Assembly: GCA_026770705.1 (NCBI GenBank)
Contig: JANJGN010000034.1
Span: 4,402,001-4,466,000 of the forward strand
DNA: 64,000 nucleotides
Direction: 5' to 3'
DNA from: Isurus oxyrinchus
Taxonomy: Eukaryota
Shown here piece after piece: positions 26,690-40,142 of this stretch (positions within the stretch are counted from its first letter, which is position 1; the number at the start of each line of letters is the position of its first letter). The notes under the pieces were generated by a model. The model was not told the origin of the DNA. It made no database searches and saw only the letters and a program-made list of their open reading frames with translations. The translations under genes were made by a program, and so were the position numbers.

Positions 26690-29470
26690 TTAGTTACTTT
26701 TCATTCAGCAGATGTGGGTTTCGCTGGCTGTGCCGGACTTTACTGCAAATCCTTCGGTACCCTTGAGAAGGTAATGGTGATGGTCCTTGTGGCGAGGGTA
26801 CACCACAGTGCTGTTACGAAAAGAGGTCAACGGGTTTTACCCAGCGACAGTGATTAAATGGTTGCCCTGTTTCCAAGTCAGGGTGGCGAGTCACTTGGAG
26901 GGGTATTTCCAGGTTGTGGTGTTCCCAATTATCTGCTGCCCTTGCCCTTCCAGGTGCGAGTGGTCGTTAGTTTGGGAGGTGATGCATAAGGGGCTTTGGC
27001 GAATTTCTGTGGATGGTGCAAATTGCTGCTATAGTGCATCGGTGTTGAAGGGAGTGAATGTTTGTGGGTGTGATGCAAATCAAGCGGGTTGCTTTGCCCT
27101 GGACAGTGTAAATTTTCCTCAGTGCTGCAGAAGCTTCACTCATACCGCCAAATGGGGCGAAGTAAATCACACACCGGATATGTGCCTGGCATATGGCGGA
27201 GACAGTTTGGGATCTCCGGAACTGATTTTGTCCTCGCAGGATTCCTAGACTGTCACCTGTGCTTGTAGTATCAATATGTGTAAGACTAGCTCAGTTCAGT
27301 TTCGGGTCGATGGTGACTCCCCGTATGTTGATAGTTTTGGATTCAATGATGTTAATGCAATGGAGCTTCAACGGCGATGCTTAGACTAACACTTGATGAA
27401 GATGGTCATTGGGGTGGCACTTGTGTGGGGCGAATGTTACTTATGACTTTTCAACCAAGGTCTCGATATTGTCCAGGTCATGCTGCATTTGGATATGGAA
27501 TGTATCAGTGTCTGAGGAGTCGAGAATGGTGCTTAGCCATGGGCAATCAACAGTGAACATCCTCAATTGTTGGACGTTGTTAATGAAGAGTTTGGGCCGA
27601 GGACACTATCCTTACGATTGCTGGCAGTGATGTCTGAAGCTGACATGGCTTATTTCCAACGACCACATCCATCTTCGTTTCTGCTTGTAATGGCTCCAAA
27701 CAGTGGAGGGTTTTCCCTTTGAAACCCTTTGCGGCCCGTTGTTTGACGTGTTCAATGATACCACAGCTGGTCAAGTTCATCCGATATATCCAGCGCAGCA
27801 ATTCTCAACACAGTACTTGAGTTCAGCTCTTTAGCCCATGTTTGAACCGAGGCGGTAATTAGGTTATAGGTGCGTAGCTCTGGCGTAACACAAAGTTGCG
27901 TCACTAAGTAGTTTATTGCTAAACAAGTGCCACTTGATAACACTGTTGATAACCCATTCCAAGAATTTAATGTTAACCGAGAGTGCGCTGAAGTTTTGGA
28001 AATTGGTCGGGATGGAATTGTCACACTTTTTTTTTTTACAGAATATTCCTGTGCACTTTTCCTAATAGTTGGCTGGATGCCAGTTTTGTATCTGTACTGG
28101 CAAAGTATTACTTGGGGCACAACAAGGCCAGGAACTCAGGTCTTCAGTACATTGCATTATTGTTGCCAGTGGCCATAAGCTTTTCAATATTCACTTTCTT
28201 CATATTGTGTGGAAACAATTTAATCGGCAGAAGACTGGCATCCCTGTTAATGGGAGACTACGGAAGGGGTACAGATGTATCCTCCATTCTGGCGCTGCTA
28301 TCTAAATATTGTATCAACTGCTTCAGACTTATCTTTTGCACTGGCGTGCTGAGAAGTTCCCATCATTGAGAATGGGAGTCTTTATGGAGCCTCCTCTCCC
28401 ATTGAGCTGTTTAAATGTCAGCAATATTCCCATCTCCAGGAGGCAGCTCTCCATGTCTTCGGTTTGATCAATTGGTTGCAGGACAGCTTAGCCCTGTCTG
28501 TCACTAGCTGCTTATGTTGTTTGGCATGGAATATAGTCCAGTGTTATAGCTTTGCGAATTCACAGATCAATTGTAAGCGTGCCCGATTTTGCTCCTAGCA
28601 TGCAAGCCTACACTTTTCACTGAACCCTATTTTGATGATAATGGTACAGTTTGGCAATGCTGGGCTATGGGGTTGCAGAATGTCTTCGGTTGCAATTCTG
28701 GTGTTGATAGCACACAACACCACTTGAACGTGCCGTCTTGAGTTGCAAGGTGTATTCATAATCTTTCCCACTTAGCATCGTGGTAGAAACACTAAATAAG
28801 ATGTAGATGGCTTCCTTAAATATGAACGCTTGACTTTGTCCCCACAGGGCCTGTGTGGTAGCAACTTCTATCGAAAATGTCATGGGTAGATGCATCTGCG
28901 GCAGGCAGGTTGCTGAGAAGGAGTTCACGCTTGTTTTCCCTCTTTTTGGTTCCCTCACATTCTGATGCAGAACCCAGTCTACCAGCAACGTCTTTTAGGA
29001 ATGCCCAGCTTGGACATTAGTGACACTGTGGAGCCGCAACTTTTTGATGGACATTTAATTTCCCCAGCCGTAGTGCAACCCTGCCTCCTTCAGTGCTTCC
29101 TCCAACTGATGTTGAACGTGATTCATACGTGGTCATCAGCAGGAGACTTCCTTGCCCATGTTTGTCCTCATGCCATGAAACCTCATGAGGATCAGTGCCC
29201 ATTTGAGTATTCCAAGGGCAATTGTCTACCGACTTTGAAGCACTGTATCACCACATCCACCAGCGTACAAGACTTACCCAGCGATGATCATGTCGTCTGT
29301 GACATTATTTGTAAGGAATTAGTACGTGAGGAGAACTCTATCAAACTGTTGTGTGAGCAGACTGTGAAAAAGCTCTCCCAACTCTGGCACTAAACCCTAG
29401 TTGTTAGTGAGAGCAATTTCACAGTAGACTTAGCTAAGTTTGCTTTTGTCATTTCAGGTGTCGATTCTTG
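26690..29470 (-). mobile_element. Decayed L2-like LINE, ~2.8 kb
   Basis: Minus-strand remnants QTWAKELNS..RIAALDIS...QLWYH and QGKATRLI..TNIHSLQHRCTIAAICTI. Confidence 0.85.
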
Positions 29471-30009
29471 GTAATTGTGAGGATTTGTAAAGTATTGACA
29501 TACCTGACTGCCTTACTAGACAATCTGGATGTGAACCAAATGTCTTTTTAAAGTAACCGACAATAGCTTCCTCGTCATCTCTACTTACAATTCCAGATTT
29601 TTGTTTGATTACAATTCGACCAATTGCCATGACGGGAGTCGGACTCTTGTCCCCAAATAAGTAACCAGAGCTTCGAGTTTACTAGCCCGTCGACAATACG
29701 GCAACGCATCACCTTCCCCTGGTTTTCCTGCAGCTACGTTAATTCTGAATTCCTGTCAATGACCATTCCGCTTTGCCATGTGTATCTCCCATGCTATGCC
29801 ACTCCTTCAAATCCACTACTTTGATGTACCTCTGGCCACATTTACGAAATAACCTCGAGGCTTAATGGTCACAACGTTGAGTAACCTTCAATGATTGACT
29901 GTCACTTTCTAATGGAATTTAAGAAGGCTTCATGCAAAATGCACAAACTACAAGAAAAGTAACAATGTTGACATGGACATGCTCATTCTTTATTTTTTCA
30001 TAATTTTAG

Positions 30010-30045
30010 AGCTGAAGATATATACAGAAATTTTGAAAGATTTTG
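30010..30045 (+). CDS. 36-nt phase-1 microexon (ELKIYTEILKDF)
   Basis: ttttttcataattttag|AGCTGAAGATATATACAGAAATTTTGAAAGATTTTG|gtaagc. Confidence 0.85.
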
Positions 30046-30409
30046 GTAAGCAAATTTGTTTTTCGCTCTTGATACACTTGGAACATTATTGCTCAGTCCA
30101 TATCATGTTGACTGTCAATTTAAACTTCGCCCGATTCCCTTTTAATCTAAATATAAACAGATTGCACTGCTGACTGACTCATGCAACAAAAGCTGCTCAG
30201 CAATTTCGCCAGAGAGGATCATGCTGGGTAAACGGGGCCTAAAAAACGTTAAGCTCGTCACTTTTTATCACGAGGACATTCATGAGAACTAATCCCGACA
30301 TTCTTTCTGCTGCAACAATGCTGAGAAATTACAACTCTTCTGCAGGATGGCATTTTCGTCTCGGAAATTTGCTGTTGAAATGAAACATCAATAATGGTCC
30401 TCCTTGCAG

Positions 30410-30436
30410 CAAAAAAGCTGAAAGCCAAAGATGATG
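30410..30436 (+). CDS. 27-nt phase-1 microexon (AKKLKAKDD)
   Basis: tcctccttgcag|CAAAAAAGCTGAAAGCCAAAGATGATG|gtatgt. Phases 0 and 2 contain TGA. Confidence 0.85.
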
Positions 30437-31254
30437 GTATGTAGTTTTGAATTTCAATTGCTATAAATGCATTATGATGGGCTAGTAAGACAAATAAATA
30501 GACAGTGCTAAATAATTCAAACAAGTCAGACCTATTCACTCACTGGCATTATAATATTGTTCCCCGTAAGCGGAGGCAGAAAATAATCTTGCAAGACAAG
30601 CAAAATACGACGACACTGACATTTGGCTGATTATAGAAATGCTGATGACCGATGAATTGATGATGTTTATGATGACAATCGATTAAATTAATGTTATGGG
30701 ATTTTGAATATGTGAGTTTGGTCAGATAGTGCACCATGGGCACGGGAAATTGTGTTACCCCTTTTTTTTGTAATGCACACTTTTCATCTAATGATGTAAA
30801 TCCATGTTCTTAGATAACATTGTTTTCATGCCTCTCAGCGGTCAACATTTAGCTGTATTGCACCGCCTCCTTGTTATTGTTTAGTTTTCCATGACAGGAA
30901 GTGGAATTTATTGAAAATAGCTCATCACTTACTAATATAAATATTTGAACTTCAACATTTGCCAAAGAATTTCAATGTACCTAAATTAGCAGAATTGCGA
31001 TTCTGACACACAAATACAAGCAAACTTGAGATGTGTTTATCACAATAAAATATTTTGCCCCGGAATTCAGATGCATAAAATTTACTTGTTATAACGCTTA
31101 ACAGGGAAGAACTTTTAAACATATGGGGTGTCGTATTTTTTCAGCTAGTTCAGAAGCTTTTTTTTCTCTCAGAAGGTGTTGAATCTTCCTAAATGCCATC
31201 CCCAGAGCGTGGTGAGGAAGAGCCATTGAAAAGAGCTGGGATGGTTTTTGAACT

Positions 31255-32120
31255 AATACCGATGGTGCCCGACATAAGAGCAATCTGGCAAAGAAGTCGC
31301 AGATGGAGGACAATGTGGGGAGCTGTGGGGTCCTGCATTATGGTTGGAAGAATAGACGCATATATTATTTTCTAAATGGGGAGGAAATTCAGAAATCTTG
31401 TGTGCAGAGGGAATTGGGAATCCCAGTCTATGATTCTCTTAAGGTTAACTTGCATGTTGAGGCGGTAGTTAGGAAGGCAAATGCAATGTTGGCATTTATT
31501 TCGAGAGGACTGGAATGTAATAGCAAGGATGTGCTGTTGAGGCTTTATAAGGCTGTGGTTACACCACATCTAGAATGTTGTGAGGATTTTTGCGACCCGT
31601 ATCTCAGAAAGGATTTACTGGCCCTGAAGAGGGTCCACAGGATGTTCACGAGAATGATACCAGGAATGAAACGCTAAAAAATACGGAACATTTGAGGACT
31701 CTGGGTCCATTCTCGATGGAGTTGAGAAGGATGAGGGAGGATCTGATTGACACTTACATAATACGGAAAAGACTGGATAAAGTGGACATCGAGAGGATTT
31801 TTCCATTTGTAGGGGAGAATAAGAGCGGAGGTAACAGCCTCAGAGTAAGGGAAAGACCTTTTAGAACAGAGATGAGGAGAAATGTCTTTATCCACATCGT
31901 GATGAATCTATGGAATTCATTGCCTCAAAAGGCATTGGCGGCCAGGACACTGTGTGTATTCAAGGCAAAGATACATCGGTTCTGGATTGGCAAGTGGATC
32001 GAATGTTACGGGGAGAAGGTGGAAAAATGGTGTTCAGAAACTTATCATCAATGTTGAATTGCAGAGCAGAATCTCTGGGTCGAATGACCTAACCTCTGCT
32101 CCTATATCTTATGGTCTTAA
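31255..32120 (+). mobile_element. CR1 LINE 3' end
   Basis: KANAMLAFISRGLE..KDVLLRLYKAVV.PHLE, RMFTRMIPGMK, MNLWNSLPQK; terminal tctgctcctatatcttatggtctta. Confidence 0.92.
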
Positions 32121-32149
32121 CATATTGCAGCATTACATTAAGCTGCAGA

Positions 32150-33615
32150 ACAGAAAGGTTGGATCTAGGCTGGCATATTACGTTAAAATAAGGGCAATAA
32201 TGAGAATACGAAAGCAGAACTAGCTAAGGTGAACCACTACGTTGAATTAATGGTTACGTATATAAAGATACAGTGGCAAGAATTTAAGGGGATATTTCAG
32301 AATTTGCAGAATATGCATATTTCAACGAGAATGAACAATTCTCGTTGGTTTGTGGAAATCATGTGAAACAATTTATTGCATGTCTTTGAAGAGATAACTA
32401 ATGTACTGCATAATGCGGACACTGCATTAAGATTTCCAAAAGTTATTTGATTATGTGCCACGTCAAAGCTTATTGCGACAAATAAACGCCAATGGTGTGC
32501 AAGTTATTACCTTGATATATATAGAAGATTGGCAAGCTAATTAGAACAAAGGGTAGACATGAATGGATCTATTTCTGACTGGCAAGTTTCACAGGCTGGT
32601 GTGCCAGAAGTTAATAGTTGAGAACCACACAGATCAATGCTTTGGCCTCAAGTTTTACAATTTATACAAATGTCATGGATGACGGGGCTAAAGGTAGTGA
32701 GATTAATTTGCTGATAACACGCAGGTAGATTAGAATGGAAAATGTGAGAATGATATAAAGAGGCACAAATTGATATAGATAAGTTATTGAGTGGGCAACA
32801 TGTGGTTAATGAAATATGACGCTGAAAAATATGGAATTGACCTTTTGGAAGAGAAAATAACAAGAAAAGATGCGAATCATGTAAATTATGATAGATTCTG
32901 ATGCTCTGACTTGCAGAGGGGTCCTAGTGTCCTGTTGCATGAATCGCAAAGTCTAGTATGATTGTTCTACTTTTACTTAGAAACCTGGCAGATTGTTACC
33001 GTTTATGGCGCATAGTAATTAATACAAAATTAGTGAAGTAATGCTTCAGCTGTACAATGCGTATCTGAGGCCGCATCTGGGGTAGCAGTGTTTTCTGAAA
33101 AAAGGAGGAATGTGAAAGCATTGGATGCAGTTCGGAGAAGGTTTACGACATTCATGTCTGGAATGAGAGGATTTCCTTATGAAGAAATGTTAGACAGGCT
33201 AGCCATGTATCTGCTGGAGCCAAGAAGAATATATGCGTCTTGTTGGAAGCATTTACAATTCTTGAGTTCTTGATAAGGTGGATGTGGAGATTATGTCACC
33301 TGTGTGGAAGGATCTAGAACTATGGTACACGGTTTCAAACTCAAGTGGCTGCCGATTTACGGTAGAAATGGAAAGATTGTTATTTTATTTTATCTCTCAG
33401 ATGGCCGTGAGTCCTTTCAACAAAATTCGATGGAAGCAGTCTATTAGATTTTTTTTTGAGGCAGAAGATTGATTAGCAAGAGATTGAAAAGTTAAGTTTT
33501 GTATGTCAAAATGTGGAGTTTTAGTTTTCAATCAGTTTGGACATGATCTTCTTAAATTGCATAGCCAGATTAAGGGGCTGCCTGGTCCAGTTCTGCTAAT
33601 AATACGTACGCTTGT
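32150..33615 (+). mobile_element. Older, more decayed CR1 LINE with internal deletions
   Basis: gatttccaaaag..tttgattatgtgcc (DFQKAFDKVP-like), tttgctgataac (FADD-like), ALDAVRRRFT..GMRGFPYEEMLDRL. Confidence 0.8.
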
Positions 33616-35085
33616 ATTAAAGTCCTCATATTGTTTGTTCAAGTGGAGTGAAAGAATGACGCGCTTTCCTGAAATTGTGATTCCTTGATTTCGGATGTTT
33701 GATGAGATCTGCGCGTCCTACCCAGAAAGGAAACACATCAAATCGATTGAAAAGGCCTCAGTTTAGCATATAGCTATGAGTATGTTCCAAATCCAGGTAG
33801 GGCATAATTATAATTGAAGAATATCTCACTGCTTGCAGGTGTTTTTTTTAAAATATGAAACATATTTTCCAGCACCGTTTGGAACAGAATCGTTCTGAGA
33901 ATAATCAGTGCGGAATTTCTGGCAAACTAGTAGGAAGATTAGGGAAATGCCAAAATTAACTCCTGACCACCTAAAGGCAAACTAATCCCAGCAGAGAAAT
34001 CTCCAGATCACTTTCACCAACTGTCAGTTGTGCAATCCAAATGTTTATGGTGCCGAAGCCGGCGGAGTGGGGAGGAGATATGTCACCTATCATATATGAA
34101 AAAAAACACTCGTTTTTGCATCTTCACGCCAGACACGCTTTTGTGTAATTTGCGAAATGAACAATATAATGGAGGCGCTAGATCATAAGAAATAGTAATA
34201 TGGGCAGGTCATTCAGCAATTCGTGACAGATACATTTAAATACATTCAGTGATGAAAGTTTTATCTGCCTAACTAAATTTTCCTGCATGCTCTCATAGCA
34301 CTTGGCTAACTTGAATATTAAAGCTGGGTATAACGGACCTTGAGTGCATTAACGGCATGAATTCACTGCTCATTGTAGAATAAGTATTTCAAGCCTCTTG
34401 GAGAGCATATTAACACGAATATATTCCTTAAACATGAATAAAGCATCTTTAGCATTTCAATAAATATCTGACATGACCTAGGTAGACAGTGGGAGAGTTG
34501 TGGCAACCTTTTGTCAAAACATACACATCCTCAAGAAAATATAACATACTAAACAGCAATCTCTTACAATTCTGCATATTGCAGAACAATCAAGAAAAGT
34601 AAGGAATAACTATTCGAGCCGTAGCATAAGACAGCACAGGAGGATGCATCTCACAAATCATTGTTTTGGCAGGCCTTTTCAAGAGCAATCTGACTGACAC
34701 AAAATTATTTGGGTGAACAAAAGACCACTTCTTGTGTTGGGAATTGATATAACTTTCGCTGAGAATAAGACATCAGTTTAATCAAAATGTCCTGTTTATT
34801 TTCAACCATTGCATTAATTGACTTGAATATTCCTGTGTGCATACTGAAACCTTTGTTTCCAACATCAAGAAACTGACGAAGCTTAAAGTATAATTCTCAG
34901 GTTGATCGAAGTTCCGGACACTTTGTCCAGAGAATGTCGTTACAGAAGCGAAGTGCTTGTTTTTTTTTTCATTCCTGTCGAACATTTCATTCTTTCTATA
35001 TTTAATATCGAGTGGGTGAAATGAGTATAGAGGAATAAACCGCGATAAATTTTCCTGATTTGTTTTTTTTTGTGCTAACACACAG

Positions 35086-35121
35086 AACTCAATGCATGGA
35101 AACAATCTTCAAAACATCCAG
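35086..35121 (+). CDS. 36-nt phase-1 microexon (ELNAWKQSSKHP)
   Basis: ttttttttgtgctaacacacag|AACTCAATGCATGGAAACAATCTTCAAAACATCCAG|gtatga. Confidence 0.8.
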
Positions 35122-35844
35122 GTATGATAGAGATTTTATTGCATTTATGCGTCACACTCAGTTATTCCATAATTCGACAAAGAATAAAGAAACATTTCAG
35201 TGTTCACGTTATTCAAAGTGAGAATATACAAGTGATTTTTTTTTTTCCAAACAGCAAGCTGCATGTACAGGGTCGCCCACGTCTTATATTATTGGCATTA
35301 AGTTGCGTGGAGTTTGTTGTCTATTGATATTCTCCAAGGGAATGTGCATACAGCAGGAAAGGTCAACCTTTGTCGCTCATTCCAAATAGATCTTTGGAAG
35401 AGAACTAAAAACCAGGTGCAGTTTGTGAAAGAAAGGCCAACACCAGTGAGCCATATTAGCATATTTTCGAGGCGACACACAGGAATGGGATAGGAAAAGG
35501 CAAATTATTTCATCAAACTTTCAAAAAGATCATGAATGAGCTTTACTCAGCTACTTGTAACGCTCTGGTTAAGTCACACTTTAAAACTCACCCTGCATAA
35601 AAGAATGAAATACATCACTGTCACGATTTTAATTGACCGTACAGAGCTCGAGGTTCTACGGCGACTGTTGGGGAATCTTCCCTGGTCCACATAGACCTAC
35701 TGAGATCAATTTTGTTTTTGGCTCTCACATCAACTCAAAACGCTTTTCGACACAAACAATTTAGTGTTGATCATCCCGACTCAGCCAACAGTGGATATAT
35801 TTTACGTCTAAATAAGTGATCAATGTCTCTTTTTCACTTATTTC

Positions 35845-36185
35845 TTTACTCATACATGGGATTTTAGAGTAGCTGGCTCAGCCAGCATTAACTTCCCTTG
35901 TTCAGGGAAAACACATTTGCTGTGGCCTGGTGACACATGTGGACCAAATCAGTTCAAACCAGGCAAGGACAAAAGATTATTGATATTAGTGAATCAAGTG
36001 GATTTTCCCCCATCACAATCGGCAATCGTTTTCTCATTATCATCAGGCATTTAATTCCAGATATTTATTGAATTCACATTTCACCATCTGCCGCGGTGAA
36101 TTGCGAACCCCGGGTCGGCAGAGCATCACCCTCACTCTCTGTCAGGCTTGTCCAGTCAAAATACCATTCCGTCGTCGCCTCTGTC
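35845..36185 (-). mobile_element. tRNA-derived SINE, reverse copy (paralog ~62490-62850)
   Basis: Reverse complement of the 4424-4770 family: gctggctcagccagcatt...ttgaattcacatttcaccatctgccgcggtgaattgcgaacccc. Confidence 0.75.
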
Positions 36186-36509
36186 AAATTTTAATCAGAT
36201 CACTCATTTTCTTCCTGAATTCAAATGATTTAATTCTTCATCTTGGAAACTTTATCCCCACTGTAATGTTTTAAGGTAAGCTGTCATTGCAGTGAGTCTT
36301 CATTTTCTGTTTTTCAAGATGGCTATATCCTTAATTAACGGTGGTGCGCTTTGCTGAAATGAGAAATCAAAACAGGGTTGAACACTTAATATATCTAACT
36401 AAAGAATTTATGTGAGAGAGCTCATTTAGACACCATGTGTTTTTCAAGTCTAAATCTTAACGATAATATTTGTTGTTTTTTTTCTATGTTTTTCTATGCA
36501 AACATACAG

Positions 36510-36536
36510 AACGAAATGATGCTGCAAAAGAAGAGG
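36510..36536 (+). CDS. 27-nt phase-1 microexon (ERNDAAKEE)
   Basis: tttctatgcaaacatacag|AACGAAATGATGCTGCAAAAGAAGAGG|gtaatt. 26/27 identical to 63177. Confidence 0.8.
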
Positions 36537-38847
36537 GTAATTGGAGGACCATTTTTTTGTTTATAAGGGCAATATAAATTTATTTTATTGTATTTTTTCC
36601 GAAAGCTATGAACCAAAAATTCCTTCCAGTGGAGGCTTGTGGGTAAAATTGTTGTTGTTTTGGCAGCTTTGATCTGAAGTAAGAACAGCTACTGCTGAGT
36701 CACATGCTCTTCGTTGAAATGGACACCATGAACTTGGGTTTATAATCCAGCATGATTGTCCAGTGACGTGCTGAATGTATGATTCGTTTCTTCACCATCT
36801 GAATGAATATTTCTTACTGAATGCCTGTCGTTTTCTTTTAATTAGGGCGGGAAACCTTTAAAATATAAATAATAATATGTATTTTGATGCAATATATGAC
36901 GTACAGGTACATAGTTTTCTTCCATATCTTAACGTAAAAATGCATGAGGAAAGTAGGCATTTTAGCGCAAATTTATCAATCCCAGTTGTAACTGAATGAC
37001 CCAATCAACAAGCAAGTTGGCAAGGTCTAAGAACAAATTGCAAATCTCGGAAATTGGAATAAAATCGACTTCACTTCAAACTGAAAATTAGCATAAATTT
37101 GTAGTCCTCCATGGTGGGATGGAAACAGAACGGTGGGCGGTGGAACGTAAAATTGAGTTCCCACTTCTCCTCCCCGATCCAACTGCATCCTATTCTAGTA
37201 CTGGACAGATGAGTCCCAGAATGTCGTTCCAAACCGTTTGGAACAACTAAGTACACTTTGTTATTCCTGCCAACTCAAGGCAGTGCAGCTGTGTGCAGAA
37301 AATCATCCTGAAAATGTGAGAGTGTGTGTGCAATTGTAAACTTTAGTTTGAAAAGTAGCAATTTCAAATCTTTGCGGTCAATTGTAATGCACCATTGCAA
37401 TGTTTACAATTTCCCATTCGTGCAAGTTTAATCATCCTATGGAATTCCAAGCAGCAGCTTCGGCGTAAAATATTGAGTCGGTTGTTTATCACTGAATTAT
37501 TGGTTTCTTATTAGAAAAACATTGTCACCTGAATCAATGTCAAATAACAATTTTATAACTGAGTAATGAAAATCAATCATATGCTCACTGATCTTAAGAT
37601 GTTTGGACCGTTATATTTTTGTCGGCATTTTTGTGCCAATCGTACTAATAATGCTATGTCTTGGGTATTGAAATTTCATAAAGAATTTGTGTTGATCAAT
37701 ATTTGATGAGAATGACTAACTTGACACTTTCATAATCTTACCAATTCCAGAGCCAGTGAAGAAAACTCATGAGCCCTGAGGCACATTAGCACTTCTGAAA
37801 ATGGCAACCTGTTATATAACTGCTCAAGCACGCCTTGGGCAACAAACGGATTCTAAAATGGGCGATTAAGGACGATATTAGAGCTGCTTCCTGCTTACTT
37901 TCATATTTCAAAACGGTGGGAGGAGCTCAAGATGGGGCAAACCGGGAATTTAACCCTACCCAGGCCAGGAGATTTAAACAGGAGAGACGCAAAAAAAAAA
38001 TTCGGTGTCTCATCTCCAAACCTGACGAATCTCATTGTCTCCTTCTACATGCCTGCTAAGTCTGCCACTAAGACCCTAGAATCTTCCGTATGACCATCTT
38101 GTGCACACCATCAATTCATGTCGCCACCTCCAGAGGCTGAGACGCAAACACTCACCAGGTCTTGGACTCCAAGAATTGCATTCAGGGTGCTGCATGCAAT
38201 TCCAGCTTTTGTCACCGCCAATTTTACGCTGCTGCGAATAAAGATCTGCCTCCAAACTGACTGGCTGGCAGCACTCTGAGGCACGACTTCCTCCCCAGTG
38301 GTGTTCGCAAGTCAAGACCTCAATTAATAAACACACTTCCGATCTTTGACTTTCGATGGCATGAAGACCCCACTGACTTCAGGAGGCGGGGCACCAAATA
38401 CAACCGTTGTAAAATTGTGTTCATGCGTTTCCTTTCGACCAATAATTTCTACTTGGCTGACACTGGAACTTCCTCCAACACGGGAACACCATAAAATGTT
38501 TGTTCTACTTCAATTCTGGCAACTTTCTTTTTATCACCAGCTTCAATCAATTGATATCTGCTGAAATATTAAGCAGCTGTTTTGACCCTGAAGTTTGGGG
38601 ACCCTTTGGTTAACTTTCCTTTTTCCTCTATTCATACTTCCCATGGAATGCGACTAATTTAAATCCCCTTATTTGAGGGAACATTGCCCACATGGTCCAA
38701 CTAACCTGCCAGCCTAGATGCCACATTTATCTGTGATGGAGACGCGTCATAGGGTTGACTTTCATCTACTGCAAAGGTGCCATATTTAGGCAAGTTAACA
38801 GTGTTTTTAATGGACGTGCTCCTTTGTTTGTTTTCTCATAATTTCAG

Positions 38848-38883
38848 AGCTCAACATATGTAAAACAGCGTTGAAAGTTTTAG
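38848..38883 (+). CDS. 36-nt phase-1 microexon (ELNICKTALKVL)
   Basis: ttttctcataatttcag|AGCTCAACATATGTAAAACAGCGTTGAAAGTTTTAG|gtgaga. Confidence 0.85.
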
Positions 38884-39311
38884 GTGAGAATGTTGACTCT
38901 TTCCTTTTGAAATTTTCGCATGCATAAAAGGGCTAGATTTGACGTTGTATTGAGTCCCAACAAAGGACATATCATACTGGCCGCCAGCTTTAAATTATGC
39001 TGAATTATCAGTTATTTTAATTTCAATGCATGGAAATATAAATTGCAGTGTAGAACTGGCAGACCATATGCGAGAGAGGACTCACGATGGAGATTTCACA
39101 ACTTGGGATGATTGAAGCGTGAGTTGGTGGGTGTCGGGTGTTGTGGCATGTGGGAAAGGCTCGGAGTTTTGTGTTATTTACCGTGGTGGAAGAGGGGGTT
39201 GTAACGGGTGGTGGCAGAAACGTGCAAAACGATAATTGCTCTTTATAATTGCGTTTTGCAGTGCTCAGCTTTGCTGTTGAATTTCAAATGCATTAATGTC
39301 CTGCTTTACAG

Positions 39312-39338
39312 AAAAAAAGCTGAAAGACAAAGATGATG
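39312..39338 (+). CDS. 27-nt phase-1 microexon (EKKLKDKDD)
   Basis: tcctgctttacag|AAAAAAAGCTGAAAGACAAAGATGATG|gtatct. Confidence 0.85.
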
Positions 39339-40106
39339 GTATCTGGTTTTGAAATTCAACTACTACGAATTCATTATGTCAGGAGTTAGCATCAAAATCC
39401 TGAAAGGACGATGTCAAGCAAACCAGTTTGCTCAAGGCAATCATTTTAAACCTGCTCCTATCAAACTGATGCAGAGAACAATATTACAAAGCAAATCTGC
39501 ACACGGACAAAACGGCACGTTGCTGTTTATAACGAATTGTTGTTGATCGCACTGATGATGTTCTTAAATTTACTCAAAAAATAATAGAAACAGACATGAT
39601 AATTGTGAAGTTTTTCAGCTGGTGCAACATGGTCAAGGAAAACCCTTTATCCCTCCCTATGGTGATTCCCAATTGATAATTGCAGAGCCAAATGATTCTT
39701 CTGAAAAAAAAAGTCTTACTTATCTTTATCACCAACAAGAAATCACTGCGATACACTTTCTACTTGCTAAAGAAAGGCTTCTTTATTCGTTAAGTTGTCT
39801 GGACTGGAAAAAAAAACTATTTCATGGAATTAAACTCCTCACTTGCTAACCAATTGATTTCAATTCATTGAATGTTTGTGGTTGAATGGAATGCACCAAA
39901 AGAAAAATGATCGCAGTACGATGCACAGATAAATATGTTTATGAAACATTATCAAGGCAATCATGTAAAATCTTCTGAACCACAGATGTGTGACAAAATA
40001 CACGTTAATATCGGTGCACACATGTTGTTGCAATGCAGTTACAACAAGAGGAATATTTTTGAAATTATTTCAGATGCTTTATTTGGACTATCCTTCCACA
40101 TTCCAG

Positions 40107-40142
40107 AATTGGAGCATGCCGAGTAATCTTCAAATTACTCAC
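40107..40142 (+). pseudogene. Fossil 36-nt-class exon (ELEHAE*SSNYS)
   Basis: ccttccacattccag|AATTGGAGCATGCCGAGTAATCTTCAAATTACTCAC aligns with 61728 (GCATGC...AATCTTCAAA). In-frame TAA, no donor at +36. Confidence 0.5.

Larger units (their letters stand above)
18188..37337 (+). repeat. Segmental duplication copy 1 (homology probably continues past this point, since copy 2 runs off the window)
   Basis: Colinear with 44852-64000 at a near-constant offset of ~26,664; roughly 80-85% identity by eye. Confidence 0.95.

Noticed and set aside
6771-29030. Immunoglobulin/TCR RSS heptamers (cactgtg ~6771 and ~29024, cacagtg ~17306), considered because shark Ig genes are clustered duplications
   Set aside because: No correctly spaced nonamers and no V, J or C exons recognised.
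36667-36678. Short AG..gtaag segment
   Set aside because: 12 nt with a phase-1 stop in copy 1 and 13 nt in copy 2; not conserved in frame.
37950-38520. GC-richer dispersed repeat-like blocks (also ~5650-6100, 7140-7530, 25700-26680, 42900-43200)
   Set aside because: They look like decayed non-autonomous shark repeats, but neither termini nor family could be established by eye.
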